A DNA stretch of 64,000 bases from Azolla caroliniana (GCA_043228905.1 JBHGNT010000010.1:19468001-19532000); one strand, 5' to 3'; positions 1 to 14,184 are shown, counted from the stretch's first letter. The notes: a model not told the origin generated them from the sequence alone. Numbers and translations are program-made.

Positions 1-402
1 GTTGGATTAGGTTCAGTGGAAGGAGGGTGATTAATTTAATTTTCTTAAAGTTAATTAAACCTCTGTCACTACTCTGTTTGCCTTCCCTCTCAATTTTCAT
101 AGACAGATACACATGGCAAAATCCGGAAGCAGTTAATTATTCTAGGTCTATTAGGATGCCCTTGTTGTATCCATAATTGCATGATCATCCGATACATGTG
201 CAAAATTTCCACTGATTAGATGTGTTTAAGTAAGGCCATATTGGGCTATCTTTCAGAAAAGTTGTGGGATTGACAGGGCAATTGTATTGGAAATAACTAA
301 AGATAGTGTCAGTTTTCTGTTTGGCTAATTCTATGAATTCTGCTATAGTTGTTAGTTATTGAGATTAAAGTTAAATATAATGTGTTAATTCTCTGTTGAT
401 AG

Positions 403-3400
403 GTTCTAGAGACAATGGTGAAAAACTGTGGTGATGTTATCCATCATCAAGTTGCTGCAAGAGATATTTTGCGTGACATGGTGAAAATAGCAAAGAAAAA
501 TGTGAGACTACCTGCGCCAATTTTTTTTCACATATCTAATTTTGTGTTAATGATGTCATTCATGTAATTCATAGCTAAATCAAATATATCGCGAACTTGT
601 CTATGGAGCACTTGCACAATCTATAATTGAGTCTTGCTGCTATTTGTGACCCAAAGCATACCTTTGTCCCATTTTTATGCAGTGGCATATAACTATGTCT
701 GTCAGTTTTGAGAAAAGCATTTTCCTGCTGACTTAATTGGCATTGGGTTAGGAAATGGCTTGATCAGGTCCAAATTGTCAGTTGAAACCATGAACTTTCT
801 ATGATCTATATTAAGGATCACACTAATTTTTTGAGATAGGTAATAATGCTACAAAAAGCATGTTTGGCTATAGCAAAGCCAGAAAAAAGACCTTTGATTG
901 GTGATGGTATTGTGTCCTATCTTAATAATTGCATTTGGAACCTAAAGGAACTTAAAATGCATTAGCAGAAATATATAAAGGTGACCCAAATCATTTTATG
1001 GCAAACATTTGAATGCAACATCAGAATTGATTCCATTAAAATAATAGATGATTGATTGTACTATATTCTTCATTGTTTGTTTTGGATTTGCAATGCCCGC
1101 AATCTTTCTTCCTAGATTTGAAATCTGCGTCTCTACTTTTAGTATGGTGGGTTGCGAATGCTACTTGAACCTTTCTAAAAGGGTATAGAAAATTGTGGAA
1201 TATTCCTAGGGTCTTCCAAGTATATCGAAAAAATTTCAATTTCATGGAACAATACAATCATTTCCCTGTAACTTATGGACAAACATGTTGAGATCCAAAC
1301 TGAATATGGAAATCTTCATTGATGCCTAGAATGTAGACGAACTTTTGTGGAATTAATGTGAAACTTTATGGGCAAATCAGAAGTGATATGATAGCTTGTG
1401 CTATTGTAGCTCTATGCTTGTAGATTAAAAATCTAGCGGATTTTTCTTTTTGCAGAAAGATAGTGAAGTGAGAGAGAAAAGCTTGTTACTGCTAGACGCA
1501 TGGCAAGAGGCTTTCGGTGGACCAAATGGGAGATACCCTCAGTACTACATAGCATATGAGGAATTGCGGGTATATGAAGGGTCATTTTAAGAGCATCTTA
1601 TAATGATATTCATAGGATTTCCTCATTCTAAGTGTATGGTGATTTGTAATTTCATGGATGTACTCTTTGACTATACTTTGCAATGTTTTGTTCCAACTTA
1701 ACAGCGTNNNNNNNNNNNNNNNNNNNNNNNNNNNNNNNNNNNNNNNNNNNNNNNNNNNNNNNNNNNNNNNNNNNNNNNNNNNNNNNNNNNNNNNNNNNNN
1801 NNNNNNNATTTCTTGATATACTCTCATAGTAACAGAATGCATTTGCAGACCTTTACTATGTTGAATAGAGTTTACCATGTGCATGCATTTATGGTTTTGG
1901 CATGTGAGGTTTCCAACGTTTAGCATATGTTCTCGATCTTGAACCATGGACCATGGAGAAAAGGTCTGTCAGTATGAAAAGAGCAAAAGCTATTGTTATG
2001 AAAGCTTTATGTTTGCTCTTTTTGACATGTCACTGCTAGTTGTGAAAAACCATAAATATTAATGATATTACTGCTGAAATGTGATGATAATCCTGGAAAA
2101 CCGACCCCAGCAGAATGCAACTTCACTTCTCACTGCTGTTAAACTTAATATTTGATTGGAACAATCATGAATGATGTTTATGCATCAGTTTTTCTCACTC
2201 TGGATGAGAAACAACCATCCTACTTTTGTATTCCCAATTGCATTCTAAATTTCTCCAATGAGCCGCATACTCTTCAAGTTGATTTGAAACTCTTGGTCCT
2301 GACCATAACGGTTTTCCAATAGTTTGTTCTTCCCTCTTATATTTGATTTTTATACATGTGACCTCTTATCTCTTACCCGCTCCCCCCCCCCCCCCCCCCC
2401 CCCCCCCCCTCTCATGTTGAGCAAATCTTGAATATAACATACAACAGCATCATAAAAAGTGGAGTAGTTAAATCTGCAAATTGTAGCATGGACGTAATAA
2501 CTCTAGCTATCAGTAGAACTGTCATAGATGCAGTTTTCTGGAGTGGCAGGAGAGTAGTTGAGCAATCTACTGGTGTATCTTATGAAAGGGAAGGCACGAC
2601 AATGTTTTGAGATTTAATTCACTGGTGATGGCTGACTAACTAAGATTTCCAAGGATTTCTACAGTTTTTTATGTCCTGAATCTTCTGATTTCCACAGTAA
2701 TCTAACTTTTGGAAAACCATGTTTTTTAATAAATAGTATAAAGCACAAGTCTGAACATTTTATGAAAAATATTCGTGTGGTTTTATGTTCAATGCCACAT
2801 GGATTATTTTGAATATTGGACTTTTAATCTTGTGATCAATCCTGTGTCTGATTTTCATGTGCTGAGCTCTTGGCAATTGTTTCTTGCTTCATTGGGTGTA
2901 TTATCTTTGTTAGCAAGAGATAAAACTTATTATAAAGTTTGATATTTTAACTGTGATTTTTAGCTTGTCGGATATGCACAATGCTCGGAGTGGAATGGAG
3001 GTGCTTGCTGAGATGTTGAGTGCTATAGATCCCAAAAACCGACAGGTATTATGGGAATAACGTAATTGAAGGACTAAATTTCTGCATGTTCATGTAAATT
3101 TATGTCTGTTTGTTTTTGTTGATTTATGATTTCTGCAGGTTTGTGTTTTGTTGTTTTCAGTCTTGTTTTGTTCGTTAATATGTATATTTGTGTATTTACT
3201 TAGATAGAGAATTCATAAATACATGGATATCTAGAAATTCATATTTATGCATGAGACATATGTACTGACATGGATAATATATGTTGTGGAAATATTTACA
3301 TTTTATGTATAAAGGACTAGTCTTGTGCTGCATTATGATCTTTTGATGGGCTGTAATTATAAATCTGTATTCTCAAGGCTTTGTACGATGAAACTATCTT

Positions 3401-6301
3401 TTGGCAATGGAAGATGAGTAAAGTTTATTTTATTTTACACTAGGCTCTAAGGGATGAAGTGATTGTGGAGCTTGTAGAACAATGCCGTACTGCGGAGAGA
3501 CGAGTGCTGCAGCTTGTGAATTCAACTTCGTAAGTTTGTGCTCAACTTATTAGTAATCTCGTGTATGCCATCTTTATAAAGTTGAATTTCTTGTAATTAG
3601 AAGTGATTATTTTCGAATTTCTGTAGCTCTTTACTCTTCCATATTGATTCTTCAACAAAGTAGATAAAATGATCTTGTAATTGAGGAGGGTATTAAAAGT
3701 TTCTTGTTCCATTGCTCTCTGAAAATCTAGAAGAACTGCTTGCAAATTGGTAGGTAACCTTTTGCAGGTGTTTTTCCATGGAAATTTTGATTAACATAAT
3801 TTTAGTTTTGAATCACTCCAACCAGGACAAATGTGATATTTTAAAATCTTTGTTCCTGAAGGTGTCAAGATTTGCTTAAGAGGCTATAGATGCAATTAAA
3901 TGATTGTGTTTTCTGCATTTTTCTGTTTTTCTCCTCCCAAGGATCTTTCTGATAATTTAGTTGGGCTTTCTTTTGACAGGAATGAAGAGCTATTACGTCA
4001 AGCCTTAACCTTAAATGATGATTTGAAAAGAGTACTAGCAAAACATGATGCCATTCAGTCAGGTGCTCCATTGCTGAAGGAATCTTCTACAGCCCCACCT
4101 CCTCGTGTGACATCCCCATCCCCTTTTGTTGGTAACCGGTCGCAAAAGGATTCAGATGATGTGTTATCTCAGCTCACTCACAGGTCAAATAGTTATATAA
4201 TAAATGCTGAAAAGAGCATCTAATTATTCTTAATTTGTGCCATTTTCAAGCTGAGGGAGTATTCTTCTATATTTAAAAAGGAGCTTCAGTTTAGGAGAGA
4301 TGGGATCTACTCAAATTTGCTGGATCGTTTTGAAATCTAGTGCTGTCATATATTATTCAATGGGTTTTGTAAAATGATAAGATGAATAGAAGTTGCAGTA
4401 AAATATCATAGAGTCTGTTTCCTCTACCTTGGAAGGAAGTCCAACTATGGGTGGGGGGGAGGTGTGGGAATTAATTTTATAGTGAACATGTCGATATATC
4501 ATTGATGCAGGAAGAAAGAAAATATTCATTTGTTATAAGCACATGATTTATTTTATAATTGGATTTGTAAAAATGCTCCCTGGAGGGGTGTTCGTTGCTG
4601 AACATGTCTACATGGGTTTCACAGAAAATGTTCATTCTGTAGAGTACGTCATTTTATAACCATGGAATAACATAAATATACAGATACATGATAACTCTGG
4701 AAAGAAGTTTTCTGAATTAAATGGAGGCATCTAGAATTGGCAAATCAGAGCAAATGCATTTACCCCTAAAAACTCGCATGTTGCAATGCTTTAAAGTAAA
4801 TAACTTGTATGATAGCTTGAATCCATTCATGATGACAATAGCCTGTTTCTGATAGTTTGCGATTGATTTATCAGATAATTTCCTGAACTTTATTTTGATT
4901 TTCTTCAGACCTGCAAAGCCCACCACAGTGCCTGTTTCTTCCAGTGCTCAACTTGCTTTACCTCCACCTATTCAACAGCCTAATAACAATGTGGCACCTC
5001 CTGCAACTACACGTGCAACAACATTTGATCTGTTGAGTGGTGATACATTTCAGAGTACAACTGAATCTCCTCTATCAACTCCACAGAAGGCACCCGATTC
5101 TCTTGCATTAATAACTTTGGATGGGCCACCACCAAATGTCACCAGCAGTTCAGGATTCCAAACTGGACAATTTAACACTGGTCAGCAGACTTATATGCAG
5201 CAGAATGGAACATTTCCTACTCAGTTTAATGGTTCACCAGGGCAGATGAACAACAATAGTTATGTTGTACCTTGGGCACGTGGTCCATCAAGTTCTTTTC
5301 AGACTTCTGTTAACCCTAATGACTCGTCCTTCCACACAGAACAGACTGTTATTCAACCCAATGGCTCTGCTCTGAGTCCACGACAAGCAGCTTTAATCTA
5401 TGGTGGCACTCCTGCAAGTGGCTCTTCCCTGAGTCCGCAGCAAACTGCATTAATATTTGGTACAAACCAAATGCCTCCTTCAACCTCTGGTTCATCGATG
5501 AGTCAACAGGAAAACTCTATCTATGGTGGGGAACAATCGAATTCTCATATACTCCAAAGGCCACTTTCAGACTTACCTTATGCAACACCCCAGTTTTCTA
5601 ATGTGTCACAACAACCAAACTTTCCTTACGTAACGCAGATTTCGAGCATGATTCCACAACCTTCATCTTCACAAGTATATCAGCCTTCAGTTCAGCCTAC
5701 ATCTCCACAAGGATATCAGGCTTCATTTCAACCTACATCTCCACAAGGATATCAGCCTTCTTTTCAATCTATGTCCCCACAAGGATATCAGCCTTCTTTT
5801 CAACCTTCATCCCCTCAAGGATATCAACCTTCTTCTCAGTTTCAACCTCTATACTCAACAGGTCAATTCCATCAGGAACAAAGCCTTGGTCAAGGGTCAT
5901 ATGCATCGTATACTGTACCATCTGTGCAGATTCAGCAAGGCTTGGGTGCACAGTCATCTAACCATCCTTTACCTCCTGCACCATGGAGCATGGAAAATAC
6001 ATCATCTTTACAGACCTCAAATGTATATGGAAATTCATCAGTACTTCCCTCTACATCACAGCATCAACAGCAGTTGTACCAAGCATCATCTCATTTTCAG
6101 CACACTAGCCTTGCTGGACATATGCAAAATCTTTCTTTGCAAGGACATGGTACTAGTTATTATCCACAAACTCAATCAATGCCAACATTCACGACAGAAT
6201 CTGACTACACAATGGTTCGAAAGCAAGGTAACCCAAAGAAGGAAGTGAAAGATGATGGTCTTTTCAAGGATCTATTTGATATTGCAAAAGTGAAGAAGTA
6301 A
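403..6301 (+). CDS. TOL: TOM1-like (TOL) VHS-GAT protein, 5'-partial, one exon lost in N gap
   Basis: GT-AG exons 403-501 ([21 protein letters not shown]), 1456-1569 ([20 protein letters not shown]), an exon starting at 1705 that runs into the gap, 2964-3045 ([18 protein letters not shown]), 3444-3529 ([15 protein letters not shown]), 3980-4183 ([23 protein letters not shown]) and 4909-6301 (low-complexity tail ending [15 protein letters not shown]). Phases are consistent downstream of the gap. Confidence 0.9.
1708..1807. other. Assembly gap (100 N)
   Basis: Run of exactly 100 N. Confidence 0.99.
5657..5833 (+). repeat. 36-nt coding tandem repeat ([12 protein letters not shown]-like, 4 full units plus partials)
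   Basis: Units start at 5681, 5717, 5753 and 5789 in the last TOL exon. Confidence 0.9.
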
Positions 6302-7684
6302 GAGGTAGATCTGGATGAAAATGATTTAATGGTGGGTTAGGAAATTTGCATCTCTGGTCAGATTGTTATCTATGATCACGTTCAGATTCCGCACCGTGTT
6401 GTATATCATTATTGTGAAGACCTGTAGTATCATTGATCAAAGCAGTTTTACTAAACAAAGTCTCTTTTGAGGATATTTTAAAACTTTGATATGTGTACTT
6501 AGCACAAGAGTGTAAAATGGTTGTGTAAGCATTAAAATAAGATAAACCACATTGTTTTTTTGTCTCACTCAGATTCACATACATTGGTTGTGAATTCACT
6601 TTGAGAGCCATATCAGTCTACCAGATTCTCAACAAGTAGGTGACACATGCTTGATATATTTATATATTGATAATTACGAAGCTTTAAAGTTAATCATGTT
6701 GAGTTTTCTTCTATTTTATGGAAAAGAGATCATATTTGTAAATGTTGATCTGTCTAAACTATGGATCATGTACACATCAGGGTTTTATAAGAAATAAATT
6801 TATTTAGTTCCTTTGCGTAAGTATGGTGGTAATGTAAATAATCTGAGATGAAATGGAGAGATGATATGAAATGCCAAACATTGTGAGAAGGGCAGGTAAA
6901 TGTGATAGCAACAATTTTTTTGCCACTTCTGCCCATGTTCAGGTAGTCAAAATGTGTATATTGCTTGATTATGCATATCTGTTTGGGTGTCTAGAGAAGT
7001 GGAATGACGTTTCAAGAAGATAACATAGAGGCAGCCAAGGGCACTTCATTTACATGTGGGCTGGTATTATAAACTCTTCATGGTGGAGTACAGCTTTACA
7101 AACATTGTTAATTCTTTGCAAAAAGACATGCTTATCTTGTAAACTAAAGGGTCACCAGGAAATTTATGAGGTCATAATTGACCAAGCAAAAAATTAGTTC
7201 AAGTGGATCCCAACAATCTTTTAGATATTTTGTTCTCAATTTATAATTTACATGTAATTTGGTTCAAGTGGACTGCCTTGAATGAGAAGATGCCTAGTTT
7301 TATTAAGCATGTTAACCCATGTTAATAGAGTCTATCTATTGATGAGATATTGATCTCTTAAAGTATCATGCTAAAATAATGTTTTGGATACAACAAAAAA
7401 TCTCTCTTGAAATGTCTTTTGTTTCAAGTGCACCTTGTGATTTGATCATCTTTTGTCAAGAATAAACCAGAAAAGAGGATATTAAGATAATGATTGCATC
7501 CTTGAAGTTTGTGTTCGCGAAGAACCTTACGGGGTTTCAGCTTATCTTTGAAAAAGTGAGCGAGGGTTTCAACATTTTGAACTAGGAAGAGGGGAGGGAG
7601 AAATGAGAAGGAAAGAATTAATAGATCACCAACATTGATGGATTGGCTTAATTCATTAAGCATGAAAATGGAGGAAGGGATAAA

Positions 7685-10600
7685 CTAGAATGAAGAGGGA
7701 ATGGGTAAAGTAGGGGACATGAAACGAGAGGAAGGATGTGAGGATGAAATATTGGACTTGGCATCTTCAAAATTATCATCATGGTCAATATCAAAAGTAT
7801 CAATTCCTGTGAGGCAAGTTGGCACGAATGTTGTGAGGATGTGAGTATGGGAGATCACTTCTCTAGTATTAGAGTCTGCATCACGAGCAATAGAGAGGGG
7901 CATGTCTATGAACATTGGATATGAGTTTTGGTGACTCAACCATGCATACATGATTGTTGCAAGTGGCAAAGGTGCCATAGCCATTGTCGATGCAAGTTCA
8001 TGGTTTGACTTCATCACCAAGTAGCCCAACATTACCATTTGTGATAGAAACAATGCCCCTACAACTCTTGCTTGCATGTGTGGCCACATTCTTCCCATGC
8101 TTTCATACAATGGGTAATTTACATTTAGTACCTGCATGCAAATGCTAACTCTTAAGTTTAATGAGTATGTCCCTCTCTCAAATTCAATTTGTACGTCTCT
8201 TTGATGATCCCTTTATGTCTCTCATGATATTGACATGCACATTTATGCCCTTTGTTCAAATGTTTATAATCTACCATGAGTGAAATATTTTTTCTAGCGA
8301 GCATGATCACCTTGCTTATTAAAGGTTTATCCACGTTAGAGTTGTGGTAAATAAATTGTCAAGTTCTTTTATTGTTTTTACAAGGATGATATGATGTTGT
8401 TTAAAAATGGCAAAACATGACAATAAAAGCAAAAAGCTTACCTGGTTTTGCATGATGACCAAAGCAAAGGCGAAATAGGCAATGGTGAAGGGCAAGATCA
8501 TGGGAGAGATGATAGCATACGAGATTGCAATGACGACTACCATCATGTCACCTGACATTAATTTGGCATAGTTTAACGGCTTTGGCATCCATGTCTCCCT
8601 TTCCTCTTGTAATGTCTTGCACTTGAACTTCCTCTTTAGGTGATACACAACCCATGCCATCACTCTTGACAACCTCAACCCATAACCCACGGAGAACCTG
8701 TCCCAATTAATTTAAAAGATCTCTATCAACATATAAACTATGGGCATTTCTTATAACTCATCCTTATCAGAAATTAAAAACACAACCCATCTCATATGTG
8801 ACTAATTGTTGGCTTATCTATGATACAATTTCAAACAACTGCCTACATCATCTCGTTTAGATCACGACCCTTGCCGTGATCCAATATCTTCTCATTAGAT
8901 ATTTGTTTACTATATTTATATTGCTAAATGTTCCCTATTTGGCAACTCACTAAGTGAATATCATCCCGTTTTGACATTAGCAACAAAACTAAGTGTAGGA
9001 TGTAATATTTGCAATGTAGATCATCAACATGTTCACCCTTTAATCATTTCTGTCTCTTGATGGCTACATTAACACCTCCAATGTTCACTTTATATTGCTC
9101 AAACATTAGCAAATATTCTAACTTTGTTTCCTAGGCTAGAAAAATGTAATATACATTTGCGTCATAGTTAAAAGTCTTTTTCTTGTTTCACAATATACGT
9201 TTGTCTCAAACTAGATGACTTTTTTGCCTTAAACTTTGCCTAAGGAATTACTTAAGATAATCACATTAAAGATACATATGTCTTTCTATATGTAGGTTTT
9301 ACTCCATCACGTGTTGCTATGTTGCATCACTGTGCTTTGGCAAAGGAAAATCTTGATAATGAATTTAGATAAGAGCCACAATGAATGCAAACATTCCAAT
9401 GGGTGTGTGCTTTGGCATGAGGTGTAAGAATTTTGGACGTCTAATATGACTCTTTTTAGCCTTTCTTGATGTCTCCTCATGCCAAAATTCTTGATCCAAT
9501 ATTGTAATTTTTTACGAAAGACTTTGAAGTGCTAGTTTTCTTCAATTACAATATTCAAAGTCTTTCGTAAAAAATTAACTTTGTAATACATAGTCATTTA
9601 AAGAGCATTTTAGAATTGATACCCTCATTGATTGAAAATGTGACAAATTGTCTAGAATTCTCTAGCGTATTTCTATTTCCAATAGCTTGGCCTGTTTTTG
9701 TTATGGATGTGCATCTTTACTTTTCACTATCTTTGAAAGAGCTAAAGCTACATTGCAACATTATTTTGTAAATGATTTCCAGAACACACCAACAATGTCT
9801 TTATAAAGATATTTTGAAATGGATATTCTTAAGAAAAAGTTGAGGATTCTCCTTAGTTGACAAGAGATAAATGTGGGCTCTCTTTGTCAATTTAAAAACA
9901 ATCTTTTCATAAATATTCTACTCATATGATACTCATGTCAAATGTATTATATTAAATCATGCTAATGTGAGCAAGTAAGTTGACTATTTAAATATAGCAA
10001 AACACTAGGACATGACTAGTTGCATGAATATGGTGAACATGTTGTAATAAAATGGCATTGTATACTAGTATGGAGAAATTGTGGGCTCTGTATTTTCCAA
10101 GATCATGAGGGTGTGAATACTATTTAGTTACATCACAATGTTTATGCGAATGTTTGCTCACGACAATGCCTCAATTGAAACATGACATGTTCAAGACCTT
10201 GAAAGAGTTATAGAAAAAGGTTATGATGAAGAAGACAAACAGAAAGCTATGGGAACAACTAAATGCTTTAGACAAACATATTAGCTTAAAAACCCTATCC
10301 CTTCAATTCTCAATTATTGTCAGCAAGACCAGAAACCAGATGAGCATTCCATTGAAACACCTTACCTTACAAAGAGTTTCAAGTAAAGGAGTCCGACTTT
10401 TACAAAGCATGTCATACTTTATGAGTAAATTATGGTTTAGAGCAATCTCTACTAATGTCGTAGCCATAATTTCAAATAAAGTTGGCTTTACTTTTCCAAC
10501 TTTCACGTTATAACTTACACTAATTTTACTAGTGAGAGATACATGAGAAGGGAGCAACCAAGTAGTATTATTGAATGGATACTAGTGATATAAAGCACAT

Positions 10601-13600
10601 GACTGATAGATAACTGCTAATAGGATTACATGTAAACTATATATATAAATAAATAAAGTGAAATAAACTACAAACTAATTATGCATATACGTATAAATGA
10701 CTTTGTAAAACAAACAGATACATATATATCTTGTTAATGTCCACGAGACACTTATACGGCCAAGGTCAAGCGCGTGTTGTGGGTAAAACTTGGTTTCACT
10801 CAAATTTAGCTTCTGATGATATCGGTGATACACCATCATCCTCGAGGGAGAAAAACATGAACTATTGGACCTTCGAGTAAAAAACATGACTTCGTAGCAA
10901 GCAAAAGTTCTCATTTTCAAACTCAAGAGTCTTGGATGCTTTGCCACTATGATCCTCTTTAGTTTGATGTGTCATTATCACTCTCTATGGTTGACTTGTG
11001 GCTATAGGTTCATAAGAGAGAGATCACATAGCTTGACTCATGGTTTGCATATATTTGGTCCTATTTAGCTAGGCATTGACACACGCCAAGTTGTGGATAT
11101 AGGTTCTTCAACCAGGTGTGGGATGATGAGGTAGGGTTAGGCATGTTAGGATGTGATTCTGTAAATGGGCAAACAATCCACGTTTGAAAGTGTTTGGTAG
11201 TGTTGTGCATATAATGGCTTTTGGGATGTTCATAAGGATAGAGCTTGTTGTTCGATGTCCATAAAGATCTCAATGTTATTGTTTTGTTGCTTGTAGCTAG
11301 AATACCTACTGTACACTTGTTACAATGTGATTTTCCCCCTTTTGGCACCATTTGATGATGCCCCATTTGCTCGCAAAATTAAACAACTAGTTTGTTTTTG
11401 ATGGTTCCATCACAGAGGAGGAAATCCAATTGTTCACAAGAAGTCTGATCCATGTTCTCAAGGAAGGGTTCTCAGCTCACTCATCCATGAGCTTCGTTTT
11501 CCCAATAGTTTTGAAATGTTCATGCACACTACTAGATTGAATAATAGCTTTTATAACAATTCATTGACTCTAGCATAGGATGGGTCAACATGTATAGGGT
11601 TTCCATACTTCGGAAAGAAGATAATTTTGTAGTTTGATGTAACTTTTGCAATGATACATTAGATATTTCCCAAGTCGTAATACATTAGTCATGCATCAAA
11701 GTCATATTCATGGAGTAATCTAATGTGCCATCAAGAAACAAGTATAGCAAATCCTATCATCCAAGACATTTATAAGCTGTTATACCAATTTTCTAACAGG
11801 ACCAAAGATAACCTTCGGCTAGATAAAATATTAGAACGCGGGATAGAGATTTGAAAGAGCAAACTGGACATTCCGAATTTCTACTAAAAGAAATAGTGAC
11901 GCAAGTTTTCGGTAAGAAAAATAAGGACTCCGAGTTTTTCTAAGAAAACAAAACCACTACTCCAGGGTATTTTCCCACGGGGAAGTGTCCGATTTATAGT
12001 TAAAGGGGGGCAAAGATGTTGAACTTACTTGAGTGAGACGAAGGTGATGAAGAATGTGGACTGTGGAGGGATGGAAGCTACGAGGAGGTGCAAGGTGTCC
12101 GATGGGTGATCGAGAATATCTTTCAAAACCTTGAAAACCGATGAAGCTAGAGTGACCCCTACCAACACATTCAAGACACTGAAATAGAAGAACTTTCCGG
12201 ATACCGATAGTCTCCTATGCGTGGCACATGCCAATCCCTCCACCTTCGACAACTTTGAAAGAAAAGACGACAAAACTTCCAAAACTCCTAGCAATGCCAA
12301 TTGTGGGAGATATGCAGAGATCAGTGTCCTCGCGAGCCTTACCTTCAAGACAGTCCTTAAGAAATGGAACACTTCGATTCTCTCTAGGTCCTTAAGATTT
12401 ATGATCCCAGCTATCGCAACCATCGGCACAATGTGGATGCATATGGTCACAACCACGATCGTGCAAACCACCCATTTCCTCATGGTCCTAGACCACCACC
12501 CAAGTCCCACATTCTTCCACATCACGTCCTTCGGGTCGGGCGCCAGGGTCGTGATCCACCTCCCCACGGCTTCCGTATTTTGCTTTCTTGTGGCCAAGCA
12601 TGCAGCTACCCGGCTATTGAACACGACGAATGCTGCCCCCATCTGTCGCTGTTTGAGTGTGGTTTTCTTCTCCATCTCCCATTGCAACAATAGTTCTTCA
12701 ACTTTGGCCTTGTAAATCTCCACAAAGTCCACTCTTTCACCCCATAGTCCGAGCCATCCTTGCTTTACAAGCCGTCGATGTCCAGCTACAGCAGCATCCA
12801 CCTCCGCTCGAGCCAATTTCCGTCTATACTTCTCCATTTCCTTCCAAATCTTGCTTATCTGAAATCAGCACATTAACAACATTAGAAGGAACTCGGAGAA
12901 AGAGAGACTCTTCCCCTGAGTCATGTGGGAAAGAGGCCATTTTTCATGGACAAGTTGGGCCATTTTCCAATGACAAGTACCTTCTTTATGTCCACCACAA
13001 CTTGGCTCCTCACATAAGTGTCCGGGTGAAGTTTCCGGAAGACGGCATCCACCTCTTGTGCATAGCTCTTCGGGATAGCTGCGGCTGCACCATCCACATC
13101 ATCAGAAAGTCCATCATCTGAGAGTACACTAGAGCGTACCTTGTTAATAGAGATTATGGGCTTCGGTTCAGGTATGTCTCGCACAAGGACAGTGAATTGC
13201 TCGGGCCGGCACATGTTCGAGCTTATGGAAATGTGGGCATCGTGCGCGCGTGCGCCCTTCAACTCTTGCATCCTCAAACCAATGACATGCCGACCACTCT
13301 TCCACAATACAACCCAAGTGCACAGCGACATCCAATATGCACCCACCACGAATGCCCATATCCGACTGCTCTTCCTCTGGGGATGGGAGCCACATTACAT
13401 AGGTACATTATATAAAACTCCCCATCCTCAACATACATGCACATTTATGAATGCATGCCTGCCTGCATGTATGTACGTATGTATGTATGGATACATAGAT
13501 GGGCACAAATACATACACATACACACACACATATATGGTATGTGGGAGGTTTTCCATGATTTAGACAATCTTTATTGATGAATTTTGATCATGTCGATGA

Positions 13601-14117
13601 TATAACATATGGTTGAATGTACTTACCCGGATATTTCCGATGGTAAGGCGATCCAATGTGGACGATGTCAATGCATCATCATGCTTGTTTTCTTCTGTAA
13701 GGCTCACCGCAAGGCAAACAGGAAGGCTATAGCATGCTGTCATACCAAGGATTACAAACACTACATACATAATAACCATGATCAATGATTTGCTAAAATC
13801 ATTGTATTAGTAATCAACACGAATCGCGACACCACATAACATCGCTTACTAGAGCGGAGGAAGATGATGTAGACAGTGGCATCAAGCCCACCCATGGTGA
13901 TCAAATCATTGTCTGAAGCTCTGCAAGACTCGAGGATCCAAGACAGGTAATGGTGATTGATGATGTACTGAGGAGGGCCAAGGCCCCTCCGAATCCTGTT
14001 GGGATAATAAACAACATAGTTCCATGGTTTGGTAGAAAGCCACGAATGGGCAAAGATCAACGCAATGCAGATAGCAGCAGATGTAAGCAGAGACAAGAGG
14101 AATGCAGTGAGCTCCAT
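7685..14117 (-). CDS. ERD4: CSC1/OSCA mechanosensitive channel, ERD4/OSCA3-like (~776 aa)
   Basis: Exons 14117-13850, 13760-13627, 13376-12981, 12858-12029, 8697-8442, 8131-7685, all GT-AG, totalling 2331 nt in frame. Motifs: MELTAFLLSLLTS, VVYYPNR, GLDATVY, RPEQFTVLVRDIP, AAFVVFNSR, APDPKDVMWKN, YESMGRMWPH. Confidence 0.9.
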
Positions 14118-14184
14118 GGTACCATGTGATGATTCATGGAGATGGTGATTTTTAATTATCAAAGTGTACAAAGCATTGGATTTG

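Noticed and set aside
2382-2409. Poly-C run (and poly-G at ~30246-30267) as functional G-quadruplexes
   Set aside because: Homopolymer lengths are unreliable and there is no supporting context
10675-11800. Nested gene or Gypsy pol in the OSCA intron
   Set aside because: Only vague motif resemblance; I could not support any family assignment
12221-13578. Plus-strand ORFs of 72-164 aa
   Set aside because: Antisense shadows of GC-richer OSCA exons with no motifs
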